From Gammaproteobacteria bacterium (GTDB taxonomy: Bacteria > Pseudomonadota > Gammaproteobacteria > GCA-001735895), in assembly GCA_029862125.1 (NCBI GenBank), contig JAOTXY010000011.1, positions 572-64,571 of the forward strand: a stretch of 64,000 nucleotides of DNA. Direction: 5' to 3'. Below are positions 33,455 through 44,499 of this stretch, piece by piece (position 1 is the stretch's first letter; each line of letters starts with the position of its first letter). The notes below the pieces were generated by a model. It saw only the letters and a list, made by a program, of their open reading frames with translations. It ran no database searches and was not told the DNA's origin. A program made the translations under genes and the position numbers.

Positions 33455-35692
33455 ATGCCACCCAAGTCAAAACGCAAAAAGTCAAAATCCACCAGGTCCT
33501 CGCTTAAGAGAAAGTACTTCTCGATTGTGGCACTGGTTCTGGTTGCGGCGTTTGCGATATACCTCGGATACCTGAATCACTTAATCAACGGCCGTTTTGA
33601 AGATGACACCTGGGCATTGCCATCACGGGTCTTTGCCAGGGCGCAGGAACTTTATCCCGGCCTGGCACTCACGCGAGACCAGCTGATTTATGAACTGGAG
33701 CTATCAAGTTACCTCGCCGTTGAATCTGAACCGCTGCCCGGACAATATCGATTGCTGGGCGAGTCGCTCGAACTGAATACCCGCCCATTTGAATTCGGCA
33801 GCCGGTTTCAGGGTTCGAGGTTGGTGCAGGCATTTTTCGACAAGGGCCGGATTGCGGCGCTGATCGACTCTAAAAGCAGTGACGACCTGGAAATATTCCG
33901 CCTGCCCCCGGTCATTCTGGGCAGTTACTATCCGGACAATGACGAGGACCGGTTACTGCTGACCGAAGACGAGGTTCCGCAACGCCTTATCCAGGCGCTT
34001 ATAGCGGTTGAAGATCGCGAGTTCTTTGAACACTGGGGTTTGAGTCCAATGGCGATCATGCGGGCAATGCTGGCGAATCTGAAGGCGGGCAGGGCGGTAC
34101 AGGGGGGCAGCACGATTACCCAGCAGTTGGCCAAGAACCTGTTTTTAACCCCGGAAAAAACGATATTACGCAAGATTAACGAGGCTTTCATGGCCCTGAT
34201 ACTGGAGCTGCGTTTCAGCAAGCAGGCGATTATTACCGCTTACATCAACGAGGTATTCCTGCTGCAGCAAAAGCGCATTGCCATACATGGTTTCGCCCAG
34301 GCCAGTCGCATGTTATTCCGTCGCAGCGTCGATAGCCTGGAAGCGCAACACCTGGCCTTGCTGGTTGGAATGGTTAAGGGTCCTTCTCTTTACAACCCCT
34401 TCACTTCACCTGACAACGCCCTGTCTCGACGTAACCTCGTGCTCAAGATTATGCTCAAGCAGGAATTGCTCGAGCAGGTGGAATATGCAGGCGCTGTAGC
34501 CGCGCCTCTTGGCATTGTCGGACGCCTGCCGGGGGTCAATCCCTTTCCAGCCTACCTCGACCTGGTTAAACGTCAGCTGCAGACGAGTTATTCCAGCGCT
34601 GAATTATCGCGTCGCGGTTTGCGCGTGTTTACCGCTTTCGATCCGTTGCTACAGCGTAACCTGGAGCGTGGCCTGGCGCGCGGGCTTGGTCGTTTTGATC
34701 AACCCGAGTTGCAGGTTTCGGTCGTTATTGCCGACTATCTCAATGGCGATATCCAGGCCTTGATCGGTGATCGAGTAACCGATTTTCCGGGATTTAACCG
34801 CGCGCTTATGGCGCAACGTCCGATTGGGTCGTTGATCAAACCGTTACTGCTTTATAGCCTGTTAAACGATGGATTAACGCTTGCGAGCAAGGTCAGGGAT
34901 GAGCCAATCCGTATTCAACAGTCGAATGGGAATATCTGGGAACCGCGCAATTTTGACCGCGAACTGCATGGCGAAATGAGCCTTTACGAAGCATTTATAC
35001 GATCTTACAACCTGCCTTTCGTCCAGCTTGGCGTGGCAGGTGGCCTCGAGAAGCTGGCTGATAACCTGGCCAGGATCAACCTGCTAAAACACGACGTGGT
35101 TTATCCGTCGATGTTACTCGGCACCACGTCGATGTCGGCTTACGAAGTAGCCCAGATGTACCAGGTCATCGCCAACAATGGCTACTTTACACCGTTGACG
35201 ACGATACGCAGTGTCACTGACCAGGAAAATCAGACCCTGGAGCGAGTTCCGCTGGAATCACACAAGCTGTTTGACCAGGCGGGCATGATCCAGGTACAGC
35301 GTGCCATGATTGGGGTCACCGAGAGCGGCACCGCCAGGTACCTCGCAGAACGATTTCCCGAGCAGACGCTTGCTGGCAAGACCGGTACCACCAACGAGGC
35401 TCGTGATTCGTGGTTTGCCGGATTTTCGAACCGCCTGCTGTCGGTAGTGTGGCTGGGCCGGGACGATAACAGCCCGATAAACCTGACCGGTTCGTCCGGC
35501 GCATTGAAACTGTGGTCGGACATCATGGAGCTACAGGGATTCGAATCATTCAAGATAAGCCGGGACGAGAGTCTCGATTGGCGTCATATCAATCCGGCCA
35601 ACGGCGGAATTACCCAACAATCCTGTGCAATTAGTGTATTGTTACCGTTTCCCAAAGATCGGATTCCGACAACACGATCCCGATGTCAGTAA
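33455..35692 (+). CDS. mrcB: penicillin-binding protein 1B
   Basis: TM anchor, UB2H region, transglycosylase (EDREF, GGSTITQQLAKN), transpeptidase SLIK/SYN/KTG. Confidence 0.95.
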   Translation: MPPKSKRKKSKSTRSSLKRKYFSIVALVLVAAFAIYLGYLNHLINGRFEDDTWALPSRVFARAQELYPGLALTRDQLIYELELSSYLAVESEPLPGQYRLLGESLELNTRPFEFGSRFQGSRLVQAFFDKGRIAALIDSKSSDDLEIFRLPPVILGSYYPDNDEDRLLLTEDEVPQRLIQALIAVEDREFFEHWGLSPMAIMRAMLANLKAGRAVQGGSTITQQLAKNLFLTPEKTILRKINEAFMALILELRFSKQAIITAYINEVFLLQQKRIAIHGFAQASRMLFRRSVDSLEAQHLALLVGMVKGPSLYNPFTSPDNALSRRNLVLKIMLKQELLEQVEYAGAVAAPLGIVGRLPGVNPFPAYLDLVKRQLQTSYSSAELSRRGLRVFTAFDPLLQRNLERGLARGLGRFDQPELQVSVVIADYLNGDIQALIGDRVTDFPGFNRALMAQRPIGSLIKPLLLYSLLNDGLTLASKVRDEPIRIQQSNGNIWEPRNFDRELHGEMSLYEAFIRSYNLPFVQLGVAGGLEKLADNLARINLLKHDVVYPSMLLGTTSMSAYEVAQMYQVIANNGYFTPLTTIRSVTDQENQTLERVPLESHKLFDQAGMIQVQRAMIGVTESGTARYLAERFPEQTLAGKTGTTNEARDSWFAGFSNRLLSVVWLGRDDNSPINLTGSSGALKLWSDIMELQGFESFKISRDESLDWRHINPANGGITQQSCAISVLLPFPKDRIPTTRSRCQ

Positions 35693-36084
35693 CATCCCTC
35701 CTACGCTTGTTCTATCGTGTTACGACACTTTCAATGCTGTTAATTGTCGGTGCCTGTACCGTCTCCGAGATACCGAGTAACCGTTACCAGGACGATATTG
35801 AAGTCAGCATGGCCGAGGCCCGGCCGGTTACCGAACTGCAGAACCAGGCCCTCGCCGCGCTCGGTGAAGAACAGTTTCAATTGGCTATCGACTACCTGCA
35901 ACGCGCGATCAAGATACAGCCTCGCAATGCCTGGAGCTGGCATTACCTGGCACAAACCTATTGGCGCGATTCGCAGTATGACCGTTGCCTGGCCATGATC
36001 GAGCGTTCGGACAGTTACGGCATCTTCGATGATGCCCTGGTTTCTGCAAACAACAGGCTCAAGCCAAAGTGCCAGCAAGGCTAG
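35683..36084 (+). CDS. TPR lipoprotein, LpoP-like PBP1B partner
   Basis: Lipobox-like IVGA-C; TPR repeats (LQRAIKIQPRNAWSWHYLAQ); overlaps the mrcB stop. Confidence 0.75.
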   Translation: MSVTSLLRLFYRVTTLSMLLIVGACTVSEIPSNRYQDDIEVSMAEARPVTELQNQALAALGEEQFQLAIDYLQRAIKIQPRNAWSWHYLAQTYWRDSQYDRCLAMIERSDSYGIFDDALVSANNRLKPKCQQG

Positions 36085-36353
36085 TACTCCTTCAATGAGA
36101 TATCTTAAGATGCAGAGCGTCCCAAATGGGCCAAGGCAAGGCGCAGTCCGCAGGGAATGGCATGTGCCCTTTACAAGGACTGCAACGCAGCATTGGCCCA
36201 TTTGGGGCGCTCCCTTCGGGCCGGTCAGGAAGCGGTCATCTGCGTTGTTGTGCTCCTTTGAATTAGCTTCGGCTAGTCCTGCAGTCGCACGCCTAGCAGC
36301 TAACCGCTTCCTGACTGGCTGCATCCTAAGATATCTCATTGAAGGAGTACTAG
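36081..36353. mobile_element. MITE-like non-autonomous element, 273 bp
   Basis: 35-bp terminal inverted repeats with 1 mismatch (36081-36115, 36319-36353), CTAG at both ends, two internal long hairpins, no transposase. Confidence 0.8.
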
Positions 36354-36372
36354 TGTTGAAAGAGCACTAGGC

Positions 36373-38313
36373 ATGGGAGAACTTGCAGCTGAACTGAACG
36401 TGGGATCGGTGCTCGGCAATGGTGGCATCATTGGTGAAACTATCAACGATTTCCAACCACGCTCGAGTCAGCTCGGTATGGCCCAGCTTATCGATCAAGC
36501 CATCGCACTCGGCGAGTCACGAATAATTGAAGCCAGTACCGGCATCGGCAAATCCTTTGCCTACCTGGTGCCTGCTTTTTTAAGCGATGCCAAAGTAGTG
36601 ATCTCAACCGGAACCCGTAACCTGCAGGATCAGCTGTTTCAAAAGGATATTCCGTTAATCCGTAAAGCCATCGTCAGCGCCAGGAAGGTTGCCCTGTTGA
36701 AAGGCCGCAGTAATTACTGCTGCCCACACCGGTTAAAGAAATATCGTGCCGAGGATCGCTTTAAAAGCCGCGAAATGGCCGCGATATTTCGTGCAATCGA
36801 TGCATGGGCAGAACTCAGCGACAGTGGCGATATCGGAGAATTCGCCGATATTCCCGAAAATGACAGCCTCTGGTATTACGCGACTTCGAACGCGGATAAC
36901 TGTCTTGGCGGCGAATGTCCTGAAATTGATCGATGTTTCGTATTAAAGGCACGCAAACTTGCAATGGACGCGGACATACTGGTAATCAATCACCATCTGT
37001 ATTTTTCCGACCTGGCACTGAAGGAGGATGGCTTCGGCGAGTTATTGCCCGATGCCGATGTGCTTATATTCGACGAGGCACATCAACTTCCCGATATCGC
37101 CGGGAATTTTTACGGGCAGCAAATCACGATGCGGCAGATCGATAACCTTTGTCGAGATATCACCGAAGCCGAAGTCGCCGAGGCAGCAGAATCGAAAGTA
37201 CTAAAGAAGTGTGGCGATCGTTTGAATAAAATAGCCGCTGATTTAAGGTTGGCCCTGCGTCCGTTTGCGCAAAAAGCGGAGTGGGAGCGAATTCAGAATG
37301 CGCCAGCGATTCGTGAGGCAGTAACAGCGATGCGACAGTCGATCGAAGCACTCGATGATGAACTCGAGCCGATGATCAGTCGCGGTAAGGAGCTCGCCAT
37401 GTGTCATCGTCGATTGCAAACGCTCAAACTTGAACTGGCCAGTTTTCTTGAACCGACCGATAACCGGATCAGCTGGTATGAAATAAACGAGCGCAGTTTT
37501 CGGCTGGTGCAATCACCGCTGGAGGTGGCAACCGAGTTTCGCCAGCAACTCGATACGGCTGCGTTCGGGTCAGTGATTTTTACCTCTGCCACGCTGAGCT
37601 CGCAGAAGTCTTTTCAATTTTACTCCAATCGCCTGGGCCTGGACGGATTTGACAGCGTCAGTTTTGACAGTCCTTTCGATTACCCGCAACAGGCGATGCT
37701 GTACCTGCCGACGCATTTGCCCGATCCCTCCGATGATCGTTACGCAGCGATATTTGGCGAGTTATGTCGTGCGCTTATAGATGCCACCGAGGGGCGCTGT
37801 TTTATCCTGTTTACCAGTTACCGCATGTTAACCTGGACCGCAGATTACCTGCGATCCCATGTCGCCTATCCGCTACTGGTGCAGGGGGAGCTACAACGTA
37901 ACGAGTTATTGCAACAGTTCATCAAGATCGAAAATCCAATATTGCTGGGGACCAACAGTTTCTGGGAAGGGGTCGATGTCAAGGGTGACCAACTACGTTG
38001 CGTGATTATCGACAAACTGCCATTCAAATCTCCCAACGATCCCGTGTATCGAAAACGAATACAGCAGGTCAATCAGAAGGGTGGAAATGCTTTCTTCGAA
38101 GTACAGATTCCCGAGGCTACCATCAGTCTGCGCCAGGGCGTGGGCCGGCTGATTCGCGACGTCGGTGATCGCGGTATCGTGGCACTATGCGATAACCGCC
38201 TCAACACGAAATCTTATGGCAAGGGTATGCTGGATAGTTTGCCGCCGATGCAACGCAGTTCGGACCTGGACGAGGTCAGGGCATTTGCGGCACGGATGGC
38301 CGACCACGATTAA
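36373..38313 (+). CDS. yoaA: ATP-dependent DNA helicase, YoaA/DinG family
   Basis: EASTGIGKS, LKGRSNYCC, Fe-S cysteines, DEAH, SATL, LFTSY, QGVGRLIR. Confidence 0.92.
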   Translation: MGELAAELNVGSVLGNGGIIGETINDFQPRSSQLGMAQLIDQAIALGESRIIEASTGIGKSFAYLVPAFLSDAKVVISTGTRNLQDQLFQKDIPLIRKAIVSARKVALLKGRSNYCCPHRLKKYRAEDRFKSREMAAIFRAIDAWAELSDSGDIGEFADIPENDSLWYYATSNADNCLGGECPEIDRCFVLKARKLAMDADILVINHHLYFSDLALKEDGFGELLPDADVLIFDEAHQLPDIAGNFYGQQITMRQIDNLCRDITEAEVAEAAESKVLKKCGDRLNKIAADLRLALRPFAQKAEWERIQNAPAIREAVTAMRQSIEALDDELEPMISRGKELAMCHRRLQTLKLELASFLEPTDNRISWYEINERSFRLVQSPLEVATEFRQQLDTAAFGSVIFTSATLSSQKSFQFYSNRLGLDGFDSVSFDSPFDYPQQAMLYLPTHLPDPSDDRYAAIFGELCRALIDATEGRCFILFTSYRMLTWTADYLRSHVAYPLLVQGELQRNELLQQFIKIENPILLGTNSFWEGVDVKGDQLRCVIIDKLPFKSPNDPVYRKRIQQVNQKGGNAFFEVQIPEATISLRQGVGRLIRDVGDRGIVALCDNRLNTKSYGKGMLDSLPPMQRSSDLDEVRAFAARMADHD

Positions 38314-38332
38314 CAGTGACGTGGGGTAAATC

Positions 38333-39340
38333 GTGTTAAATCGAAACTGGTTAGCAAAGGCCGTAAAAGGCGGTTTCGTTACAGGTTTAATAGGATTAGC
38401 GAGCGTCGCCCAGGGTTTTGACCTGCAAGGCCACAGGGGTGCACGCGGATTGATGCCGGAGAATACCCTTCCCGGGTTTGCCCGGGCGCTTGCCATCGGT
38501 GTGACTACGCTGGAGCTGGATCTCGCACTCACCCGGGATTCAGAAGTCGTGGTTATACATAATCCACGGTTCGAGCCGGAGCTTACACGAAACGCCAATG
38601 GAGAATGGTTGCAGCAAAGTAGCGCCAGTATTCATTCGATGACATTGGCCAGGGTCAAAACCTACGATGTCGGGCGCCTGAATCCAGGCAGCAAGTACGC
38701 ACAGGGTTATCCCAGGCAACAAGCCGTCGATGGCACATCGGTACCGACATTGGCCGAGGTATTTGACCTGGTTAACAGGTCCGGCAACCAGGCGGTGCAA
38801 TTTAATATCGAGATAAAAATTAATCCTGAAAGATCCGATCTGACATGGCCGCCGAAAAAGTTTGCTCGAGCCGTTATCGATGTGCTGCGCGCTTACAAAA
38901 TGGAGGGCCGGGTTATGCTGCAATCCTTTGACTGGCGTGCGTTGCAGGAAGTCCAGGATATAGCGCCTGAAGTTACAACCGCTTACCTGACCGCCAACCA
39001 GCGCTGGTTGAGTAATTTGCAAACGGGCATTCCAGGGCCATCGCCATGGTTAAACGGGCTGGACGTGGATTATTTCGAGGGAAGTGCAGCCCGGGCTATC
39101 AAGGCTGCCGGGGGTGACATCTGGTCTTCCTATCACAAGGAGGTCGATGCCGATGCCATACAACTTGCGCATGAGCTCGGTTTGTCGGTAAACGTCTGGA
39201 CCGTGAATGAAACCGATCGTATGCGTGAACTTATCGAAATGGGAGTCGATGGCATTATTACCGACTATCCTGACCGCCTGCGCCAGGTGATGCTGGAGTT
39301 CGACTTGCCGTTACCCGAGTCAACCCCGGTCGAATATTGA
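38333..39340 (+). CDS. glycerophosphodiester phosphodiesterase
   Basis: QGHRGARG, PENT, ELD, NIEIK, VWTVN, GIITDYPD; signal peptide. Confidence 0.93.
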   Translation: MLNRNWLAKAVKGGFVTGLIGLASVAQGFDLQGHRGARGLMPENTLPGFARALAIGVTTLELDLALTRDSEVVVIHNPRFEPELTRNANGEWLQQSSASIHSMTLARVKTYDVGRLNPGSKYAQGYPRQQAVDGTSVPTLAEVFDLVNRSGNQAVQFNIEIKINPERSDLTWPPKKFARAVIDVLRAYKMEGRVMLQSFDWRALQEVQDIAPEVTTAYLTANQRWLSNLQTGIPGPSPWLNGLDVDYFEGSAARAIKAAGGDIWSSYHKEVDADAIQLAHELGLSVNVWTVNETDRMRELIEMGVDGIITDYPDRLRQVMLEFDLPLPESTPVEY

Positions 39341-39410
39341 GCGGACGACAACTGGGCAGGCAAACCATAAATGGTTATGCTGCCTTTACTGTGAAGGAAC
39401 TGGATAGCTC

Positions 39411-40406
39411 ATGGGTGTGCGTAACGGCTTTGTCGAAACGATAGGTAATACGCCGCTTATTCGTTTACAGGCCGCCTCGGAAGCGACCGGTTGCGAGATT
39501 CTGGGCAAGGCAGAATTCATGAATCCCGGTGGTTCGGTCAAGGACCGCGCCGCCTGGTGGATGATTCGTGAAGCCGAACGCGTTGGCGCTATACGGCCCG
39601 GCACTACGATAGTCGAAGGCACGGCCGGCAATACCGGTATCGGCCTGGCCCATGTCTGCAATGCTCGCGGGTACCCCATCGTTATCTACATGCCTGATAA
39701 CCAGTCGCGGGAAAAAGTCGATATCCTGGAAACGCTGGGTGCCGAAGTGCGGGTCGTCCCGACTGTGCCTTATACGAACGATATGAATTACCAGAAGCAG
39801 GCCGAGCGTTACGCCGAGTCACTCGACTCGGCGGTGTGGGTAAACCAGTTTGACAATACCGCGAACCGGCTCGCCCATTACGAGTCGACCGGACCCGAAA
39901 TATGGGAACAGACCGAGGGCAGGGTGGATGCCTTCGTCTGCGCGGTCGGCACCGGCGGCACCATCGCGGGGGTGTCAAAGTACCTAAAACGAAAGAGGGG
40001 GGAGATCCAGCTGGTGCTGCTCGACTGTATCGGTAGCGCGCTCTATAACTTCATCACAACCGGTAACCCGACCATGAGCGACGGCACCTCCATTACCGAG
40101 GGCATAGGTAATAGTCGAATCACGGATAACCTGGCTGGAGCTGAGATCGATTGGGCGCTGCAGATATCCGACCAGGATGCGGTCAGCATGGTTTATCGAT
40201 TGCTGCGCGAAGAGGGCTGGTTTTTTGGTTCGAGTACAGGGATCAATGTTAGCGGTGCAATTGAAGTCGCCCGCAGACTCGGTCCGGGACACACCGTTGT
40301 GACCGTGCTTTGTGACGGTGGTGGCAAGTACCGATCAAGCCTGTTCAACCGTGCGTGGCTGGCTGAGAAAGGTATTTCCCCTGATTTGCCTGAAGACGCG
40401 GTTTAG
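39411..40406 (+). CDS. cysK: cysteine synthase
   Basis: IGNTPL, NPGGSVKDR (PLP Lys), EGTAGNTGIG, GTGGT. Confidence 0.9.
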   Translation: MGVRNGFVETIGNTPLIRLQAASEATGCEILGKAEFMNPGGSVKDRAAWWMIREAERVGAIRPGTTIVEGTAGNTGIGLAHVCNARGYPIVIYMPDNQSREKVDILETLGAEVRVVPTVPYTNDMNYQKQAERYAESLDSAVWVNQFDNTANRLAHYESTGPEIWEQTEGRVDAFVCAVGTGGTIAGVSKYLKRKRGEIQLVLLDCIGSALYNFITTGNPTMSDGTSITEGIGNSRITDNLAGAEIDWALQISDQDAVSMVYRLLREEGWFFGSSTGINVSGAIEVARRLGPGHTVVTVLCDGGGKYRSSLFNRAWLAEKGISPDLPEDAV

Positions 40407-40891
40407 AGACTGAGTCGTCGAGTATTCTGGTCCTGGTCGCAGGCTTCCCACATGTCCATGAAATTATCGTAGTAGGATCTGCATTCAAGCTTGTTGTCGA
40501 TTTCGTAGTAACCTTCAAAACGTTCGGGGTTACGAATGCGCATGTAGGCACTGTCATCGGCAATCAACCAGCTTTCCCTGAAGTTCCGGTGTTCCTGGGT
40601 GACCGTGGCGCGAATCTGTGCAAACGTGGGTAACCTTTGTGCCAGTTGAATCAGGTAATGGCCCTGGTTTGCTGCCACGCGCGTGTCATGGGTGATGATG
40701 CGGATATCGGTATGGCGGTTAGTGGTTGCCAGGTGCGACAGGTGATCGTAAATTTCCACGTCATTGTAGAGTTCGGATTCAAGTCGCTGGGTGATAATAT
40801 ATACACGCCCGACAGATCCGAGGATAAGGGTTTTCGCCGCTTCCTGGCAGTCTCGACGCCCATCTAATAATATACTTGAACTTTCAGTCAT
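40403..40891 (-). CDS. conserved hypothetical protein of the type usually found after roxA/GNAT genes
   Basis: LESELY...DIRII..D...GHYLIQLAQRLPT...IAD pattern; co-oriented downstream of roxA. Confidence 0.7.
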   Translation of the reverse strand: MTESSSILLDGRRDCQEAAKTLILGSVGRVYIITQRLESELYNDVEIYDHLSHLATTNRHTDIRIITHDTRVAANQGHYLIQLAQRLPTFAQIRATVTQEHRNFRESWLIADDSAYMRIRNPERFEGYYEIDNKLECRSYYDNFMDMWEACDQDQNTRRLSL

Positions 40892-40912
40892 AAACTATTG
40901 AATTAATTTAAA

Positions 40913-42073
40913 TTAATCGTTAATCGGTATAATCGCGTGATTTGTTGCAAGCTCGATCAGCATTGCTTCCATAGGTTCGATTTCGAGACATTCACTAATT
41001 AGTGAGACCGACCATTCGCGGTTCGCGCATAATTGCTGCAGGTGATCGAGTACTTGCTGGCTGCGCGGTAATACACTGACTCTTCCATTATAGTAAAACG
41101 AAACGGTTTGTTTCGACTGATGATAAAACATGCGGGTTTCAGGATGCCGTAACCAGGCACAGGAGAGTAGATCCGACACGTAAACCGGCTGATCGTCTCC
41201 CTGCGGCGCTACAACCGCGCTATCGGAGAGCATTTTTCCAACGGCATCCTGCCATACCTGGACCGGTTGTTGTAATAACTCGGTAGCAAGGGTTCGAAAC
41301 CGATCAATTTCGGCGTCGGTAATTTCTGCGTGATGTCGATCAAGTTCGAGATCGGTATCACGATAGCGTTTGAGGCCGATACCAAGATGTTCCGTTTCGA
41401 GGGCATAGGATTCGAGCACGCTGCTCGAGGTGGGTGCCCGAAACCCGATCGAATAAGTCATGCAGCGCTCGAGCGCGATACCATGATGGGCAATTCCAGG
41501 CGGTAGGTAGAGCATGTCACCGGGATTTAAGGTGACATCCTGGTCCGGCTCGAATTCCTGCAGAATTGCCAGATCCAGGTCGGGAATCAATTGAGGCTGC
41601 TCGCCAGGTGTGTCGCAAAATAACCAGCGCCGTGATCCCATTGTCTGCAATAGAAAAACGTCGTATTCATCGATATGGGGGCCTACCGATCCCTCGGCCG
41701 GGGCGTAGCTAATCATTAAATCATCGATGCGCCAGTCGGGGATAAAGCGAAACTGATCAAGCAATTCGGTCAGTTCCGGGAACCATTTTTCGCATTCAGA
41801 TACCAGTAACGAGTAGTGTGTTTCCGGAAGTTGCAGAAAATCCTCGTCTTCAAAGGGGCCATAGAGCAGTTGCCAGGGGCTGGTACCGTCTTTTTCAATC
41901 ACCAGGCGACAATGAACATCTTCTTCGCAGGCGAGCCCGGCGAGTTCCTCTGGACTCACCAATTGTTGCTGCATTTCGTCCAGGTTTGAAAATGCGTTAC
42001 GCAATACACAGGGTTGCTTTTGCCAGTAGCGACTGATGAATTCTTCGCGGTCAAATTCCTGTAATTTCCACAT
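40913..42073 (-). CDS. roxA: 50S ribosomal protein L16 3-hydroxylase (JmjC/cupin)
   Basis: [53 protein letters not shown]. Confidence 0.92.
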   Translation of the reverse strand: MWKLQEFDREEFISRYWQKQPCVLRNAFSNLDEMQQQLVSPEELAGLACEEDVHCRLVIEKDGTSPWQLLYGPFEDEDFLQLPETHYSLLVSECEKWFPELTELLDQFRFIPDWRIDDLMISYAPAEGSVGPHIDEYDVFLLQTMGSRRWLFCDTPGEQPQLIPDLDLAILQEFEPDQDVTLNPGDMLYLPPGIAHHGIALERCMTYSIGFRAPTSSSVLESYALETEHLGIGLKRYRDTDLELDRHHAEITDAEIDRFRTLATELLQQPVQVWQDAVGKMLSDSAVVAPQGDDQPVYVSDLLSCAWLRHPETRMFYHQSKQTVSFYYNGRVSVLPRSQQVLDHLQQLCANREWSVSLISECLEIEPMEAMLIELATNHAIIPIND

Positions 42074-42079
42074 GGTGAA

Positions 42080-43528
<1,449 letters not shown>

Positions 43529-43536
43529 TCAGGCGT

Positions 43537-44250
43537 TTATTGATCGGCAGCGTTAAAAGCTTTGTGTTTGAAGATCAGTTGCTTGGCTTTTTCGTAAGAT
43601 CCGGTCGGGATTATAGATTCGTCTTTCAAGCGCCGCAGCTCGCGCAATTCCCGCGCCAGGAATTTATTCTGGTTTAATCCCTTGGCGGTCTTGCTTCTGT
43701 TGATTTGCATGATGAATTTATTGACAAAACTGCGAAAACTGGCGTTATCAGGGTTCTTGTTGATGAGTTCCACCAGCCTTATTTTGCCGTACTGGGTACG
43801 AAAAAATACCTTGTCATGCGAATAGTAGAAAAATGCCAGCAGGCACATGATTGCAACAACCGTAATCGCCGTGAAAGCGCCGAAGAAACTTAGCGAAAAT
43901 GTATCGAGCCAACCCGAAAAATACAACGCGGCATCGAGTCCCAGCAATGCCAGGGATAAATACAACCACTTCCAGGCCTTGACCCGGATTCTAAAGGGCC
44001 GCGGATCCAGGTATGCGAGATCGATACGAAACTTGTACTTGCGCTGATGCTTGATTTTGATCGACTGGTAAAGTTGCGTGTCGTTGAATACAGTAAAGTG
44101 CCGATATACGCCGTGCAGCTTGTTGACCTGCTCGAACTCGAAGTTGATATGTTCGACAGGAACCTGCTCGTTATCGGAAAAATTCGTAGTGGTTGAGTCC
44201 TCTAAAGGCTCCAGATCGATTTCAACTGATTCAACGTTAACTTCGGCCAT
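43537..44250 (-). CDS. hypothetical inner-membrane protein (two central TM segments)
   Basis: 237-aa ORF with an acidic N-terminus, WKWLYLSLALLG...FFYYS hydrophobic hairpin and basic C-terminus. Confidence 0.75.
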   Translation of the reverse strand: MAEVNVESVEIDLEPLEDSTTTNFSDNEQVPVEHINFEFEQVNKLHGVYRHFTVFNDTQLYQSIKIKHQRKYKFRIDLAYLDPRPFRIRVKAWKWLYLSLALLGLDAALYFSGWLDTFSLSFFGAFTAITVVAIMCLLAFFYYSHDKVFFRTQYGKIRLVELINKNPDNASFRSFVNKFIMQINRSKTAKGLNQNKFLARELRELRRLKDESIIPTGSYEKAKQLIFKHKAFNAADQ

Positions 44251-44349
44251 TTATTAGATTTAGTGGTTTGGAACCTTCTATAAATAGCACAAATAACGGC
44301 AATAACACGGGTTCTCCTGATTTAATGCGACAAACAGCCTGATCACTGT

Positions 44350-44387
44350 AAAAAACCTGAAAATGTGGGTATGCCGTCCTTCAGGTT
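44350..44387 (-). terminator. possible terminator with 18-nt loop downstream of the DUF3604 gene
   Basis: Minus strand AACCTGAA-18 nt-TTCAGGTT followed by TTTT. Confidence 0.4.
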
Positions 44388-44499
44388 CAATGGCGAGACT
44401 TACCCCTGGAGCTGGTTTTATAACGCTTGACCGGCATTCGCAACGGTGATTTCAACTCAGGTGCCGGGGCCAGCAGTGGGATAATGAAGCCAGTCTGCT

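Noticed and set aside
35740-36370. ORFs 35740-36339 (-) and 36029-36370 (+) as a transposase
   Set aside because: No DDE or HUH motifs; their openness follows from the palindromic GC-rich element.
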